A stretch of DNA of 64,000 nt from Candidatus Micrarchaeota archaeon (GCA_027365175.1 DAHXNY010000002.1:5623-69622), one strand, 5' to 3'. Positions 9,347-19,156 are shown, counted from the stretch's first letter. Program-made: numbers and translations. Notes: generated by a model not told the origin, from the letters alone.

Positions 9347-10198
9347 ATGAAGGGCAAAACCGTATACTCATCAAGTACCGTCTCCAAGCTGCTGGATATT
9401 CCTTACACAGAGGAACCCAATGCATTAGAGATAATGGAAACTGTCCATAATGGCATATTCATAGGCAATTCTGGCAAGATGAACCTGCCTGTATTCCTTG
9501 ACTTTGCCTCTTTATTCAACCCTCACGTATTCATAGTCGGGATGACAGGCAGCGGCAAGACCTTCCTTATGAAAAGCCTCCTGATGCGCCTCAGCTTCAT
9601 AATGGGCGCAAATGTCATAATAGTGGATTTCACAGGCGAATACCGGGAAGCTGCAAGCCTTATAGGTGCAGACTTCCACAACGGTGCGGATAAATCCGGA
9701 AGTGCCGGACTCTCAAGAAGTTCGTACTTCATGCTAAAGAACCTGAAGGAAAATGAGAAGGTGGCGTGCGCTTCAGAGATACTCAAATCTGTGGCAACAA
9801 AGATGCGCGGCAACATCGGCAGGAAAGACAATACGTTTATCCTTCTTGATGAGAGCTGGAAGCTCATGGACAACAATGAAGACCTTGAGATTATAGTAAG
9901 GGAGGGCAGGAAATACGGCGTCGGACTGCTCCTGGCGTCACAGCTCCTTGAGGACATGAGCGATGGAATAGTCTCAAACTCAGCATCAATCTTCATATTC
10001 AGGATACAGGTAAAGAAGAGCGCAGAAAAGATAATCTCAAATTATAATCTTGGGCAGGAGTATGTCGAAAATATACAGGGCCTGGATCAGGGAAAATGCC
10101 TGCTAATAAAGCTGGATAAAAACAATAAGCGCTCAATCACGATAATAAGGAAGGTATCCGGGATATCAATAAACCCTAAAACAAGGCTGCTGCTCTGA
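9347..10198 (+). CDS. VirB4/TrbE/HerA (DUF87)-type P-loop ATPase domain protein
   Basis: Walker A VGMTGSGKTF, Walker B FILLDESWKL and the GRKYGVGLLLASQ motif typical of this ATPase clade. Confidence 0.7.
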   Translation: MKGKTVYSSSTVSKLLDIPYTEEPNALEIMETVHNGIFIGNSGKMNLPVFLDFASLFNPHVFIVGMTGSGKTFLMKSLLMRLSFIMGANVIIVDFTGEYREAASLIGADFHNGADKSGSAGLSRSSYFMLKNLKENEKVACASEILKSVATKMRGNIGRKDNTFILLDESWKLMDNNEDLEIIVREGRKYGVGLLLASQLLEDMSDGIVSNSASIFIFRIQVKKSAEKIISNYNLGQEYVENIQGLDQGKCLLIKLDKNNKRSITIIRKVSGISINPKTRLLL

Positions 10199-10220
10199 CG
10201 GATCCGGGAAACTATGCAAT

Positions 10221-11294
10221 TCACTTGCTTGCCATGTGCAATGATATATACGCACTTATGCTCTGGACCGTTACCATCCCCATAAGCTTCCCATTCTTAG
10301 TAACTGCGGCAATCCCCGGGCCGCTATTCACTTTGTTAAGCGCGTCTATTACGCCTGTCATATAATCTATGTTTGGCAAAGGCACCAGAAGATCCTTTAT
10401 CCCAACCGGATGTGCCTTCTGGACCTTCCTTATTCTTGAAAGATCCACATAGTAGTAAGATTCTCTCGTCCTTGTGAATATCCTGTGCTTCTTTGATCTC
10501 TTCACTTTGCTATAAAGCCCCTTCATGCTTATATCCGAATCCACTAGGAAGTAATCCTTGCTAACCATATCCGAAAGCTTCAGCCCGTCCGTCCTCTTTC
10601 TCATTACCGCAGTCTCCTCCTCCTGCTTCGCTCCTCCATACAGGAAGAAGACTATTATCAGCGTGTATACGAATTCAAAGGCAGCATAGTCAACAATGCC
10701 CTGATTGAAGTTCTGGCTGTAAACCTGGAAACCCATGAATGCTATGGCGCCTATGAGTATAAGACCAAGCATATACATGCTCACCTTTACTGTGAGCATG
10801 GTTGCATCATAGGCATCCATCCTCTCCTGAAGGTAGCTCTCAAGCACCCTTCCACCATCCATAGGGAAAGCCGGGATAAGGTTAGACACCCCAAGGAAGA
10901 TGTTTATTATGAACATGAATTGCAATATCTCCGTTATTATTCCAGGAGGAGAGAAGACTACAAGTATGCCGAATATCCCGCCAAGCAAAAGGCTTGATAT
11001 CGGCCCTACTACCGATATGTTGAACTCTACCCTCGGATCTATATTCAGTTCGTCTATTATGGAGGCTCCTCCTATCGGGAGCAGGATTATCTCCCTGACC
11101 TTTATCCTGTTCCTAAGCGCTGTTACAGAGTGTGAAAACTCATGGATAAGCACGCATGCAAACAAAAGCACAAAGAGCATGAAGAGGAACTCGCTTCCAA
11201 GAAGAAGGATCGCAAGCAGCATAAGTATGAAGGTCCAATGCAGTGTTACGTCTATCCCGAATATCCTGAATATGCGTATCCCAGAGAGTGCCAT
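10221..11294 (-). CDS. Site-2 protease (peptidase M50) with C-terminal CBS pair
   Basis: HEFSHS (HExxH) and NLIPAFPMDGGRV motifs in a polytopic N-terminal part, with a CBS-like C-terminus. Confidence 0.85.
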   Translation of the reverse strand: MALSGIRIFRIFGIDVTLHWTFILMLLAILLLGSEFLFMLFVLLFACVLIHEFSHSVTALRNRIKVREIILLPIGGASIIDELNIDPRVEFNISVVGPISSLLLGGIFGILVVFSPPGIITEILQFMFIINIFLGVSNLIPAFPMDGGRVLESYLQERMDAYDATMLTVKVSMYMLGLILIGAIAFMGFQVYSQNFNQGIVDYAAFEFVYTLIIVFFLYGGAKQEEETAVMRKRTDGLKLSDMVSKDYFLVDSDISMKGLYSKVKRSKKHRIFTRTRESYYYVDLSRIRKVQKAHPVGIKDLLVPLPNIDYMTGVIDALNKVNSGPGIAAVTKNGKLMGMVTVQSISAYISLHMASK

Positions 11295-11355
11295 CCAAAT
11301 TCCTTATACTAACTAAATAATACTTATTAAGTGGAAAGTTTATAATCAGTATAAT

Positions 11356-12072
11356 ATGGACATCTCTTTTATAAACGGCGAACCAGCTCTGTTCATCAGG
11401 AAGGAAAAGCAGCTTGCGGTATCCGACCTGCACATAGGGTTAGAGACAAGGCTGAGCGAATCCGGAATACACCTCTCCAATGCGGTTGACCTCCTTGCAG
11501 ACGACCTATTAAATGCATACAGGAAGAGCGGGGCAAAAGGGATAATCTTCATGGGGGATTTTAAGGAGCGCATAATGTACATGACAAAAACCGAACGGGA
11601 CTCGATGCTGAGGTTCTTTGCAAAATTGTCAGGCATAGAATGCAGGTTCATAAGGGGAAACCATGACGCGCATCTTGAAGAGATTCTTAGGAACGTGGGC
11701 ATTAGGAAAGCACTTGAGAATGAGATATTGCTTGACAAGGTGGCATTAATGCATGGCAATGCTCTGCCTTCAAGAGAGTCCATGGAGAAAAACTACCTTG
11801 CAGTTGGCCATGGGCACTTCGCTGCGAGCATAAACGGAGCTGAACGCAAGGTCTGGTTCATTGCAAAGCCTGGACCACGTGCAAAGGAGGAATATCCAGG
11901 ATATAATAAAAAGATAAAACTTGTCATACTCCCGGCGTTCAACAGGGCGATAACAGGCACGGACATAAGCCGAGGCTCAGAGGAGCACATGCCTCTGTTA
12001 AGGAATAAGGTATTCGATTTCAACTCCGCAAAGATAATGGATCTGGAAGGCATAGAATTGAAAGCGCATTAA
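11356..12072 (+). CDS. Metallophosphoesterase (COG1407-type ICC-like phosphoesterase)
   Basis: Calcineurin-like motif series SDLHIG, GDF, GNHD and GH. Confidence 0.75.
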   Translation: MDISFINGEPALFIRKEKQLAVSDLHIGLETRLSESGIHLSNAVDLLADDLLNAYRKSGAKGIIFMGDFKERIMYMTKTERDSMLRFFAKLSGIECRFIRGNHDAHLEEILRNVGIRKALENEILLDKVALMHGNALPSRESMEKNYLAVGHGHFAASINGAERKVWFIAKPGPRAKEEYPGYNKKIKLVILPAFNRAITGTDISRGSEEHMPLLRNKVFDFNSAKIMDLEGIELKAH

Positions 12073-12092
12073 TTACGCAGAAGCTGACAGGT

Positions 12093-12512
12093 TTACAATC
12101 CCTTCTTAAATTCTTCATGCTGCCTGCGGGCTTCCTTAATTACCATATCCAAGTTCTCCCTCATCTTTAAACCATCCTGCCTGATATTCACTCCCAAGAT
12201 AGTCAATCCTATTCCTGCAGAAACAAGAACCAGTCCTGCAAAATCAGCAGGATCCTTAATCAATGAGCTCAATCCCGTTCCTTCTACCACAACTCCGGCA
12301 AACACCGAGCCCAGACAGGTTAAAGAGCTGAATACGATGCGCCTGCTCGCCTGCTTATATACTGCCATGGCAGTATCATTATCCTCTCTCCTCATCACGC
12401 TTCCCAATTCCCTTAACTTAACGTGGCCGCATATGTTTTTTGAATCGAACTCAAGTATGCCGTCAGTCAGTCTCCTGACCTTTTTCCGGTGTGTCTCCAC
12501 AGTATCATACAT
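12093..12512 (-). CDS. Hypothetical protein with two central hydrophobic segments
   Basis: 139-aa ORF in a plausible intergenic context. No recognisable motif. Confidence 0.3.
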   Translation of the reverse strand: MYDTVETHRKKVRRLTDGILEFDSKNICGHVKLRELGSVMRREDNDTAMAVYKQASRRIVFSSLTCLGSVFAGVVVEGTGLSSLIKDPADFAGLVLVSAGIGLTILGVNIRQDGLKMRENLDMVIKEARRQHEEFKKGL

Positions 12513-12604
12513 ATGCAGCCTTTTCTGATTATTAAACTCTTCCTGCAGGCCCTGCGGTGAACCGGTATTTAAGGCTTTACAAACAATAAGACCATGATGG
12601 TTTC

Positions 12605-12967
12605 ATGGCCGAAGAAAAGAAGATAAACAACGAACTGGATCATGCTAACGAAGCATTCTATGCAAATGGTTTTACGCTGTGGGTAGATGGAAATGAGGCT
12701 ACCATGGACTTCAGGCAGACCTCTCCACGCAACGATGTGCTTCCAAACGGCGAAGCGTTTCTCTCAGTTACCCATAAGCACCGCGCAGTGGTGACCTCTC
12801 CGCTTGTTGCAAAAATGATGCTGGAGGTGCTGAAAGGCGAGATAGCCAAATTTGAAAAGAAGAACGGAGAGATAAAACTTCCTGCAAACTGGAAGCTGAA
12901 GCCGCCTCCGAAAGTTAAAGTCTCAAACGATGAAGGGACAGAAGGCAGTGCAACGTACATACGCTAG
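12605..12967 (+). CDS. DUF3467-like protein
   Basis: The pattern FYANGFTLWVDGNEATMDFRQ resembles DUF3467. Confidence 0.45.
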   Translation: MAEEKKINNELDHANEAFYANGFTLWVDGNEATMDFRQTSPRNDVLPNGEAFLSVTHKHRAVVTSPLVAKMMLEVLKGEIAKFEKKNGEIKLPANWKLKPPPKVKVSNDEGTEGSATYIR

Positions 12968-12994
12968 AAAACAGTTTCAGACAACGCAGCAGAT

Positions 12995-14188
12995 TCAGGC
13001 CAATCTTCTCTGCCGCGTTACCTGCCTGAGGACATTGCTGTTCTCCATCCATGTAGGTATCGGTATGGCCATCCTCTTTCCTATAAATTCTATGGCGCTT
13101 CCAACGCTGTCGAAGTGCAGCGGCTCCTTTCTCAATGCCTCTCTGACATGCTCTCTAACGTTCCATACTCCAACAGGCATGATGTATCCGGAGTGCGCCT
13201 CTCTAAGGATGGCGACCTTGGCCTGCCTGTCCATCTTGAGCAGCAACTCTGAAGAAGCGAGCCTTGCAGCATAATAGCAGCCCCCTATCTCTGCATATTT
13301 GCTCCTTCCTTTGTAAGGCTCATAGGATGAGAATATCTGTATATTGCTGCTCTCCCTGTTCCATGTGGTATTAGGGTACCATGCCTCAACAAGCTCATAC
13401 TCCCACGAGCCGGGGAACATCATTATCAGCCACCTGTTGTCAAGTGCATCATTCTGGTACACGAGCACCTCCTCAAACTCTTCGCTATCCTTCACTGTCT
13501 TCAGGTTATTCTTTCCAAGCGTATCATCCACTGCAGTTATGCTCCATCTTGTCGGGACAAGCCTGCGGTTCTTGCCGACTCCCACCGTGCCTGCTGAGAC
13601 CATCTTCTGTATCCTTGAAACCTCTATTCCTTTTGAATAAAGCTCAACCATCGCAGTGCTTGCAGTCATATCCGTGTCCGAATAAGCCTTCTCAAGTGTC
13701 TGGTTGACCTTGCCTCCTTCAAGCTCCATTCTCTTAATCACTGCGCTCGGCCCGAAGGGCTGTGTATTCTCATCGAATCTTATGCGCATGTCGGGCCTTT
13801 TGGAAAACTCCTGTCTCACAAGCTCATACCTGTCAGAAATGGCAAGCTCCTTTATCATTTCCTCTACCCTTCCATTATCTGCATTGTTGACATTGGTGCG
13901 GTGCATTCCCCTTACCAGCATCGATCTGAACTCCACTATCTCTGCAATGCTCTTGCCGACCCACTTCTCCGGAATCCCCATAATGGACGTATCCCCAATA
14001 GTCGGAGGGACAAGCGGCCCTATGTAGACATTCGGATATCCTGCCCTGCCTATGAATATATCGGGCGGAGATGATCCGTAAACCTCATTGCCTTCTATCA
14101 TGTTTAGTACTCTTGACCTGTAATAATCCTTGAGGAAAGCGGAGCTCTTCATGTTCCTGTACACGACGCCGCTTCGTACTATTTCCAT
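12995..14188 (-). CDS. Nre-family (DUF650/DUF651, COG1602) putative DNA repair protein
   Basis: 397 aa. The N-terminal YGSSPPDIFIGRAGYPNVYIGPLVPP block is typical of archaeal NreA/NreB. Confidence 0.65.
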   Translation of the reverse strand: MEIVRSGVVYRNMKSSAFLKDYYRSRVLNMIEGNEVYGSSPPDIFIGRAGYPNVYIGPLVPPTIGDTSIMGIPEKWVGKSIAEIVEFRSMLVRGMHRTNVNNADNGRVEEMIKELAISDRYELVRQEFSKRPDMRIRFDENTQPFGPSAVIKRMELEGGKVNQTLEKAYSDTDMTASTAMVELYSKGIEVSRIQKMVSAGTVGVGKNRRLVPTRWSITAVDDTLGKNNLKTVKDSEEFEEVLVYQNDALDNRWLIMMFPGSWEYELVEAWYPNTTWNRESSNIQIFSSYEPYKGRSKYAEIGGCYYAARLASSELLLKMDRQAKVAILREAHSGYIMPVGVWNVREHVREALRKEPLHFDSVGSAIEFIGKRMAIPIPTWMENSNVLRQVTRQRRLA

Positions 14189-14231
14189 GGAAAAACCGAG
14201 AGCTTATTATACTCCTTGCGGATATATCGCT

Positions 14232-14675
14232 ATGAAGGAATATAAAGCGGTAAAGGCAGATGGTGTAGTAGTGGTAATACTGCACAAAAAGCATGTTCTC
14301 CTGTTGAAAAGGAGGAACCTCCCATTCATATTTAATCCTGGCATATGGTCCTTTGTAACAGGGAGCAAAAAAGGCCATGAAAGCTATGCGAAAACTGCAT
14401 ACAGGGAAGTTGAAGAGGAGACAGGGATAACAAAGGAAGAGCTGAGACAGGTAAGGAAGCCTATACGGGTATGGATGTTTGATGCAAAGAGGCGCAAGAA
14501 ATGGCAGAACCACATGTTCTTCTTCAGTTCAAGAACAAGCAATGTCAGAATTAACATTGAGAATTCCTCATGGAGATGGGCAGTCCTCAGTGACATAGTG
14601 AAAGGCAATAATTATACAAACATATTTGTAGATAAAGACAAGATAATAACAGAGATAGCGAGATGTGCAAAATGA
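14232..14675 (+). CDS. NUDIX hydrolase
   Basis: Nudix box GSKKGHESYAKTAYREVEEETG. The ATG at 14232 is preferred because the upstream ORF part overlaps the divergent Nre gene. Confidence 0.7.
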   Translation: MKEYKAVKADGVVVVILHKKHVLLLKRRNLPFIFNPGIWSFVTGSKKGHESYAKTAYREVEEETGITKEELRQVRKPIRVWMFDAKRRKKWQNHMFFFSSRTSNVRINIENSSWRWAVLSDIVKGNNYTNIFVDKDKIITEIARCAK

Positions 14676-15757
14676 ATTCCATATCTAACAGGTACAAAAG
14701 ATTCTTTTCAAACGAAAAGCGCATAGACGCAATCATAATAATGAACACAGGATCACAGGATCCTAACTTCTACTACTTTACCGGATTCAGGAGCAGCCTT
14801 TTCGAGAACAATATACTGTTAGTGAAGAAAAACAAGGCGTATCTGTTCACATATGCATTAGAATACCAGGATGCAGTCAGGCAGAAGTTTCCTGGGATAG
14901 AGGTGGTAAAGTTCGGCAACGACGGCGAAGCAAGAAGCCTCTTATCAAAAGAAATAAAGGGCAAGGCCGTAGGAATAAACGGCGAATTCCTGCCATTAAA
15001 TTACTGCAAGCGCATCTCAAAAACATACAAGCCAAAGAGGATAATTGATATATCGGAGTCGTTGACAGATGCCAGAATGATAAAAGACAAGGGAGAGATA
15101 GAAAACATAAGGAAGGCTGCAAAGGTGACAAAGGCCGCACACAGGCTTATCCAGAAAAACTTCAAAGCAGGCATAACTGAGGCAGAACTTGCAAGAAAAT
15201 TCGATGAAATATCCAGAAACCTTGGGTCAGAAGGGCCGTCTTTCGATACGATAGTATGCTTCGGGAAAAACGCTGCGCTTCCGCACCATTCCCCGGATAA
15301 TACCAAGCTTAAGAAAGGGGACATAATATTGATAGACGCGGGAGCAAAGATAAACAGATACTGCTCAGACGTAACAAGATCATTCATATTCGGCAAGAAG
15401 AATACTGAAGACTACAGGAAAAAGAAGGAGATGTATGATACGGTCAAGGAAGCCCATGACCTTGCGCTAAAGGCGATAAAAGAGGGAAAATCCTTAAGCA
15501 GTATACATATGATTGCAGCGAACCATATAAACAAAAAGCACAAAGGAATATACAATGGGAAGTTCATACACTCATTAGGGCATTCCTTAGGAATAGAGGT
15601 GCACGATGGCCCAGGATTCTCCCCTGCATACGGCAATATAAAAGCAAAGGCAGGAATGGTAATCACCGATGAACCGGGAATATACATAAAAGGCTTCGGT
15701 GGAATCAGGATAGAGGATGACGTATTAATCACAAAGAAAGGAGCTGAAATTCTTTAA
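14663..15757 (+). CDS. Xaa-Pro aminopeptidase/dipeptidase (peptidase M24B)
   Basis: M24 metal ligand blocks DAGAKINRYCSDVTR, HSLGHSLGIEVHD, ITDEPGIY and GGIRIEDD. Confidence 0.85.
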   Translation: MCKMNSISNRYKRFFSNEKRIDAIIIMNTGSQDPNFYYFTGFRSSLFENNILLVKKNKAYLFTYALEYQDAVRQKFPGIEVVKFGNDGEARSLLSKEIKGKAVGINGEFLPLNYCKRISKTYKPKRIIDISESLTDARMIKDKGEIENIRKAAKVTKAAHRLIQKNFKAGITEAELARKFDEISRNLGSEGPSFDTIVCFGKNAALPHHSPDNTKLKKGDIILIDAGAKINRYCSDVTRSFIFGKKNTEDYRKKKEMYDTVKEAHDLALKAIKEGKSLSSIHMIAANHINKKHKGIYNGKFIHSLGHSLGIEVHDGPGFSPAYGNIKAKAGMVITDEPGIYIKGFGGIRIEDDVLITKKGAEIL

Positions 15758-15758
15758 C

Positions 15759-15831
15759 GGGGAGTTCTGCTAGCTTGGTAGGCTTCCACCTTCGGGAGGT
15801 GGCGACACGTGTTCAAATCACGTACTCCCCA
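15759..15831 (+). tRNA. tRNA-Pro (anticodon CGG)
   Basis: Hand-folded cloverleaf. Acceptor GGGGAGT/ACTCCCC, anticodon arm CCACC-TTCGGGA-GGTGG, T arm ACGTG-TTCAAAT-CACGT. No encoded CCA. One U-U mismatch in the D stem. Confidence 0.85.
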
Positions 15832-15984
15832 TTCTTTTTCTGGGGTTATATTATACCCCTCATTTCCACCGATTTCGCCTGAATATCCATTCCCGCTATC
15901 CGTGCAGATTATCCTGATGACATCACCAATTCTTAGACGCTTCACCGCTTAATCTGGTAATGGCATAAATTGATGTAAAATAAG

Positions 15985-16473
15985 TCATTTTTTATTATAA
16001 GAATCAAAATAATGTTTGCCACGCAGGACGAACTGCTTCTCTATTCTCTGCGGCTCAAAATACCTTCTGGTAAATTCTACTGCTTTTTCCTGGCTGTAAG
16101 CTTTGCAGCTGTATATATCTATGCTTATGTAGTTCTTCTTGGTTAGCGTATGGATCACTATCGAAGAGTCAGCCAGCGGCACCCATCCACTCAATCCTGC
16201 CTTATCAGGGAATGACCTCCTATCTGTTCTAAATATAAATGGCGGTGCCTGCTTCTTCATGCCTATAAAATCAACCAGCTTATCCAGGTAGCTATAGCAG
16301 TGTTCTAGTTCTCCGCAGACCTCTGGCTTACAGTCATAACAATCAAGCAATAATTCATATCCAAATACTTTTTGTTCTCTTGCCATTTTATCCATCGCCA
16401 ATACTGATGGCTTTTTTGAGTTATCTTCTACTTCTATATTAGGAACTTTGCAAATTAAATACCTTAACATCAT
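15985..16473 (-). CDS. Pyruvoyl-dependent AdoMet decarboxylase (SpeH)-like protein, divergent
   Basis: LLLDCYDC...LSGWVPLADSSIVIHT aligns by eye to the SpeH processing region (..ESHxxIHTWPE). The ES/H and WPE residues are altered. Confidence 0.55.
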   Translation of the reverse strand: MMLRYLICKVPNIEVEDNSKKPSVLAMDKMAREQKVFGYELLLDCYDCKPEVCGELEHCYSYLDKLVDFIGMKKQAPPFIFRTDRRSFPDKAGLSGWVPLADSSIVIHTLTKKNYISIDIYSCKAYSQEKAVEFTRRYFEPQRIEKQFVLRGKHYFDSYNKK

Positions 16474-16783
16474 GCTGAATCTTGGGCTTTCCCTATCCCT
16501 TTTCTGTCCTCGTAAATAGGTAATGCGGAGACTCCTAGGGCAGATACGCTGCGCTCACAGGTCGCCTTGCCAGAAGATCATAAACATAAAAAAGAGGAAT
16601 TAAGGAATAAAATACCTGAGGTTAGCGCTGCGGCGTGTGTGATTGTATGCAGCTGCCAGCTTTCCCAGGACCTGCTGAAATCTAAAGCTATATTAAGGTT
16701 TGGGGGGGGAGATATAGAATTATGCTTGAAATGCATAGGCGACAATAACGGTACAAAGAAGAGGGATTACGGAAATACTACAA

Positions 16784-17044
16784 ATGGCTAACGGTCGCAC
16801 GCCAATGTCCTTTAAAGATTTCACAACCATAGTGATAAAGCGCAGGCGTCTAAGTTCAGCTACAGTCTCCAAAAGACTTGAGGAACTTGTCGCTGCAGAT
16901 GCTATTAGGGAAGTTATAACCAGATCCAAGTCAGGTCGAAGGATAATAGCATACAAGACAACGGAAAAAGGCAGGAAATTGATGGAACTCGCAAGGGAAT
17001 TTAACAAAGCACTTACTGCATCAAAAACCCAGTTTCTGGTCTAG
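16784..17044 (+). CDS. Winged-helix DNA-binding protein
   Basis: 86 aa. LSSATVSKRLEELVAADAIREV...RRIIAYKTTEKGRKL looks like an HTH plus wing. Confidence 0.5.
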   Translation: MANGRTPMSFKDFTTIVIKRRRLSSATVSKRLEELVAADAIREVITRSKSGRRIIAYKTTEKGRKLMELAREFNKALTASKTQFLV

Positions 17045-17200
17045 AGGAAAAACCAGGCTCTGCATATGCATTTTCCTATTCGTTGTGATTTCACTGCCAC
17101 GTATGCAACAGCGTTGATTCAGCTCTATGTAACCTATCCTCCCCATGCTCTTCAGAGTATCGGATAAGCTCTTTATATTATTTCACTGCAGTATTCTCCT

Positions 17201-18544
17201 ATGCAAGGTAATCTGGGAGTCAGGCTTATAAACGGAGTGCAGATAGAGGTAGACGAGCAATTCAAGCATGTGCTTAATCTAATGGAAAGCACCAATAACA
17301 ATCTGCTGATAACCGGCAGGGCAGGCACCGGCAAATCGACGCTTCTGGAGTATTTCAGGTCAGTCACAAAAAAGAACGTCACGATTCTGGCGCCCACTGG
17401 CGTTGCAGCGCTGAATGTCAAAGGGCAAACAATACACTCGTTCTTCAGGTTCAAACCAGACATAACTGTCGATACCGTGCGTAAGATTCCTTTGCCTCAA
17501 GGACAGATATACCTTAACATAGATACGATCGTAATCGACGAAATATCCATGGTGAGGGCCGACCTGATCGATTGCATAGATGCTTTCATGAGGAAAAACG
17601 GCAAAAATCCCACACTTCCGTTCGGCGGAGCGCAGATGATACTTGTAGGTGACCTTTACCAGCTTCCTCCGATAGTGACGAAGGATGAGGAGGGGATGTT
17701 CAATGGCCCTTACAAAAGCCAGTACTTCTTCGATTCAAATTCCTTCAGAGTCATGGACGCACAGCTCATAGAATTAAAAAAACACCGGAGGCAGACCGAC
17801 GAATATTTCATCGGATTACTGAATGCGATACGCGACAATAACATAACGGAAGAGCAGTTGGCAGTATTGAATCTCAGGTTAAAAACTGATTTTATCCCAG
17901 ACCAGTCAAAGACTTATATCACTCTTACAGCTACAAACAAGGTCGCAGACATGATAAACGATCAAGCCCTAACCAGATTAAAGGCCGAAGAGCATATCTA
18001 TCTGGCGGCTTTAGAGGGAGACTTCGACAAAAAGACCATGCCTGCCGATGAGACCTTAAGAGTAAAAATAGGCATGCAGGTAATGATGCTGAATAACGAC
18101 AAACTGGAGAGGTGGGTAAACGGAAGCATAGGCATAGTCACTGAGATAAACCGGGAAATAACCGAGGATGACGTTATAACCGTCAAATTGAACGACGGCT
18201 TGGAGGCGGAGGTAAACAGGAACACCTGGGACATGTTCAAGTTTTCCTACGACCAGAAGACGCATAAGCTGCTGCCAAAACGCGTCGGCAGCTTCACCCA
18301 ATATCCGATAATGCCTGCCTGGGCCGTCACAATACACAAAAGCCAGGGAAAGACATTCAAGGATGTGATAATTGACATAAGCGGCGGCACGTTCGCAAAT
18401 GGGCAGCTCTACGTTGCCCTTTCAAGATGCACTACTCTAAAAGGCATAATACTGAAACGGGAGATTGAGCGAAGACACATACTCACCGATCATAGGATCG
18501 TAGAATTTTTCAACAAAATGAATTTTGACAGACCGGACTGTTAA
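17201..18544 (+). CDS. Pif1/RecD-like SF1B helicase
   Basis: Motifs GRAGTGKST, IVIDEISMV, GDLYQLPPI, TIHKSQGKTF and YVALSRC, in a compact 447-aa Pif1-type architecture. Confidence 0.85.
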   Translation: MQGNLGVRLINGVQIEVDEQFKHVLNLMESTNNNLLITGRAGTGKSTLLEYFRSVTKKNVTILAPTGVAALNVKGQTIHSFFRFKPDITVDTVRKIPLPQGQIYLNIDTIVIDEISMVRADLIDCIDAFMRKNGKNPTLPFGGAQMILVGDLYQLPPIVTKDEEGMFNGPYKSQYFFDSNSFRVMDAQLIELKKHRRQTDEYFIGLLNAIRDNNITEEQLAVLNLRLKTDFIPDQSKTYITLTATNKVADMINDQALTRLKAEEHIYLAALEGDFDKKTMPADETLRVKIGMQVMMLNNDKLERWVNGSIGIVTEINREITEDDVITVKLNDGLEAEVNRNTWDMFKFSYDQKTHKLLPKRVGSFTQYPIMPAWAVTIHKSQGKTFKDVIIDISGGTFANGQLYVALSRCTTLKGIILKREIERRHILTDHRIVEFFNKMNFDRPDC

Positions 18545-18570
18545 TACGAAGTAATGGCAGCCAAAGGCAA

Positions 18571-19068
18571 CTACCTCCTTCCAGCCATCTTCAATATTTT
18601 CGAACTGTCTTCTATATACGCAAAGCGCATTGGTAAGGGCGAATACAATGGAGATTCATGGTTAGTGCTTATTTCCAACCTTCTGCTTTCTCCAGTAAAA
18701 TCAGAACTGCACACTATTACATGCCCATGCCCATTATTATAAACGCGGCCTCTCTTTTTCGGAGGAAGCCCATCATAAGCATCGTCTCTTACAAGCTTGA
18801 ACGATCCATTTTCAAACAATTCACAATTCCCATCCTTTAATGTGCTGTTGTAATCTACCGCCACCCAACCTTTTGATTCGTCAAGTTCTTTCCTGAAATC
18901 AGAGTCACGCATATATCTTGATATGACGCTATCCAATCCTGCCAGTTTGAAGCCTTCTCGGTTTGCCAACTGCATCCCAGATGCAAAATCCATCTGGTCT
19001 GAGATATGCACCTTTGTGCTGTTGCCGTTAGTTTTTGCTGAATTTGCCATTTTCTCCATGTTCATCAA
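18571..19068 (-). CDS. Hypothetical protein
   Basis: 165-aa ORF convergent with the helicase. No recognisable motif. Confidence 0.3.
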   Translation of the reverse strand: MMNMEKMANSAKTNGNSTKVHISDQMDFASGMQLANREGFKLAGLDSVISRYMRDSDFRKELDESKGWVAVDYNSTLKDGNCELFENGSFKLVRDDAYDGLPPKKRGRVYNNGHGHVIVCSSDFTGESRRLEISTNHESPLYSPLPMRFAYIEDSSKILKMAGRR

Positions 19069-19156
19069 TTAATGCGTGACGCCTCTCATTTATAAAAGTT
19101 GTGATTTTGCATTATAAATCTATTTATTATTTGTCTGCATAATATCTAGGAATTAA

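Noticed and set aside
16474-16783. The 310-nt gap could host a structured ncRNA. The minus-strand segment CAGCAGGTCCTGGGAAAGCTGGCAGC vaguely recalls SRP RNA helix 8. ORF 16567-16791 (74 aa) lies here.
   Set aside because: I could not fold a convincing SRP or RNase P core by eye. The ORF has a TTG start and no motifs. A covariance-model scan (Rfam) is needed before any call.
15759-19156. An integrated element using tRNA-Pro as its attachment site.
   Set aside because: No integrase or recombinase gene is present, and I could find no direct repeat of the tRNA 3' half downstream. Only the weaker accessory-patch statement is kept.
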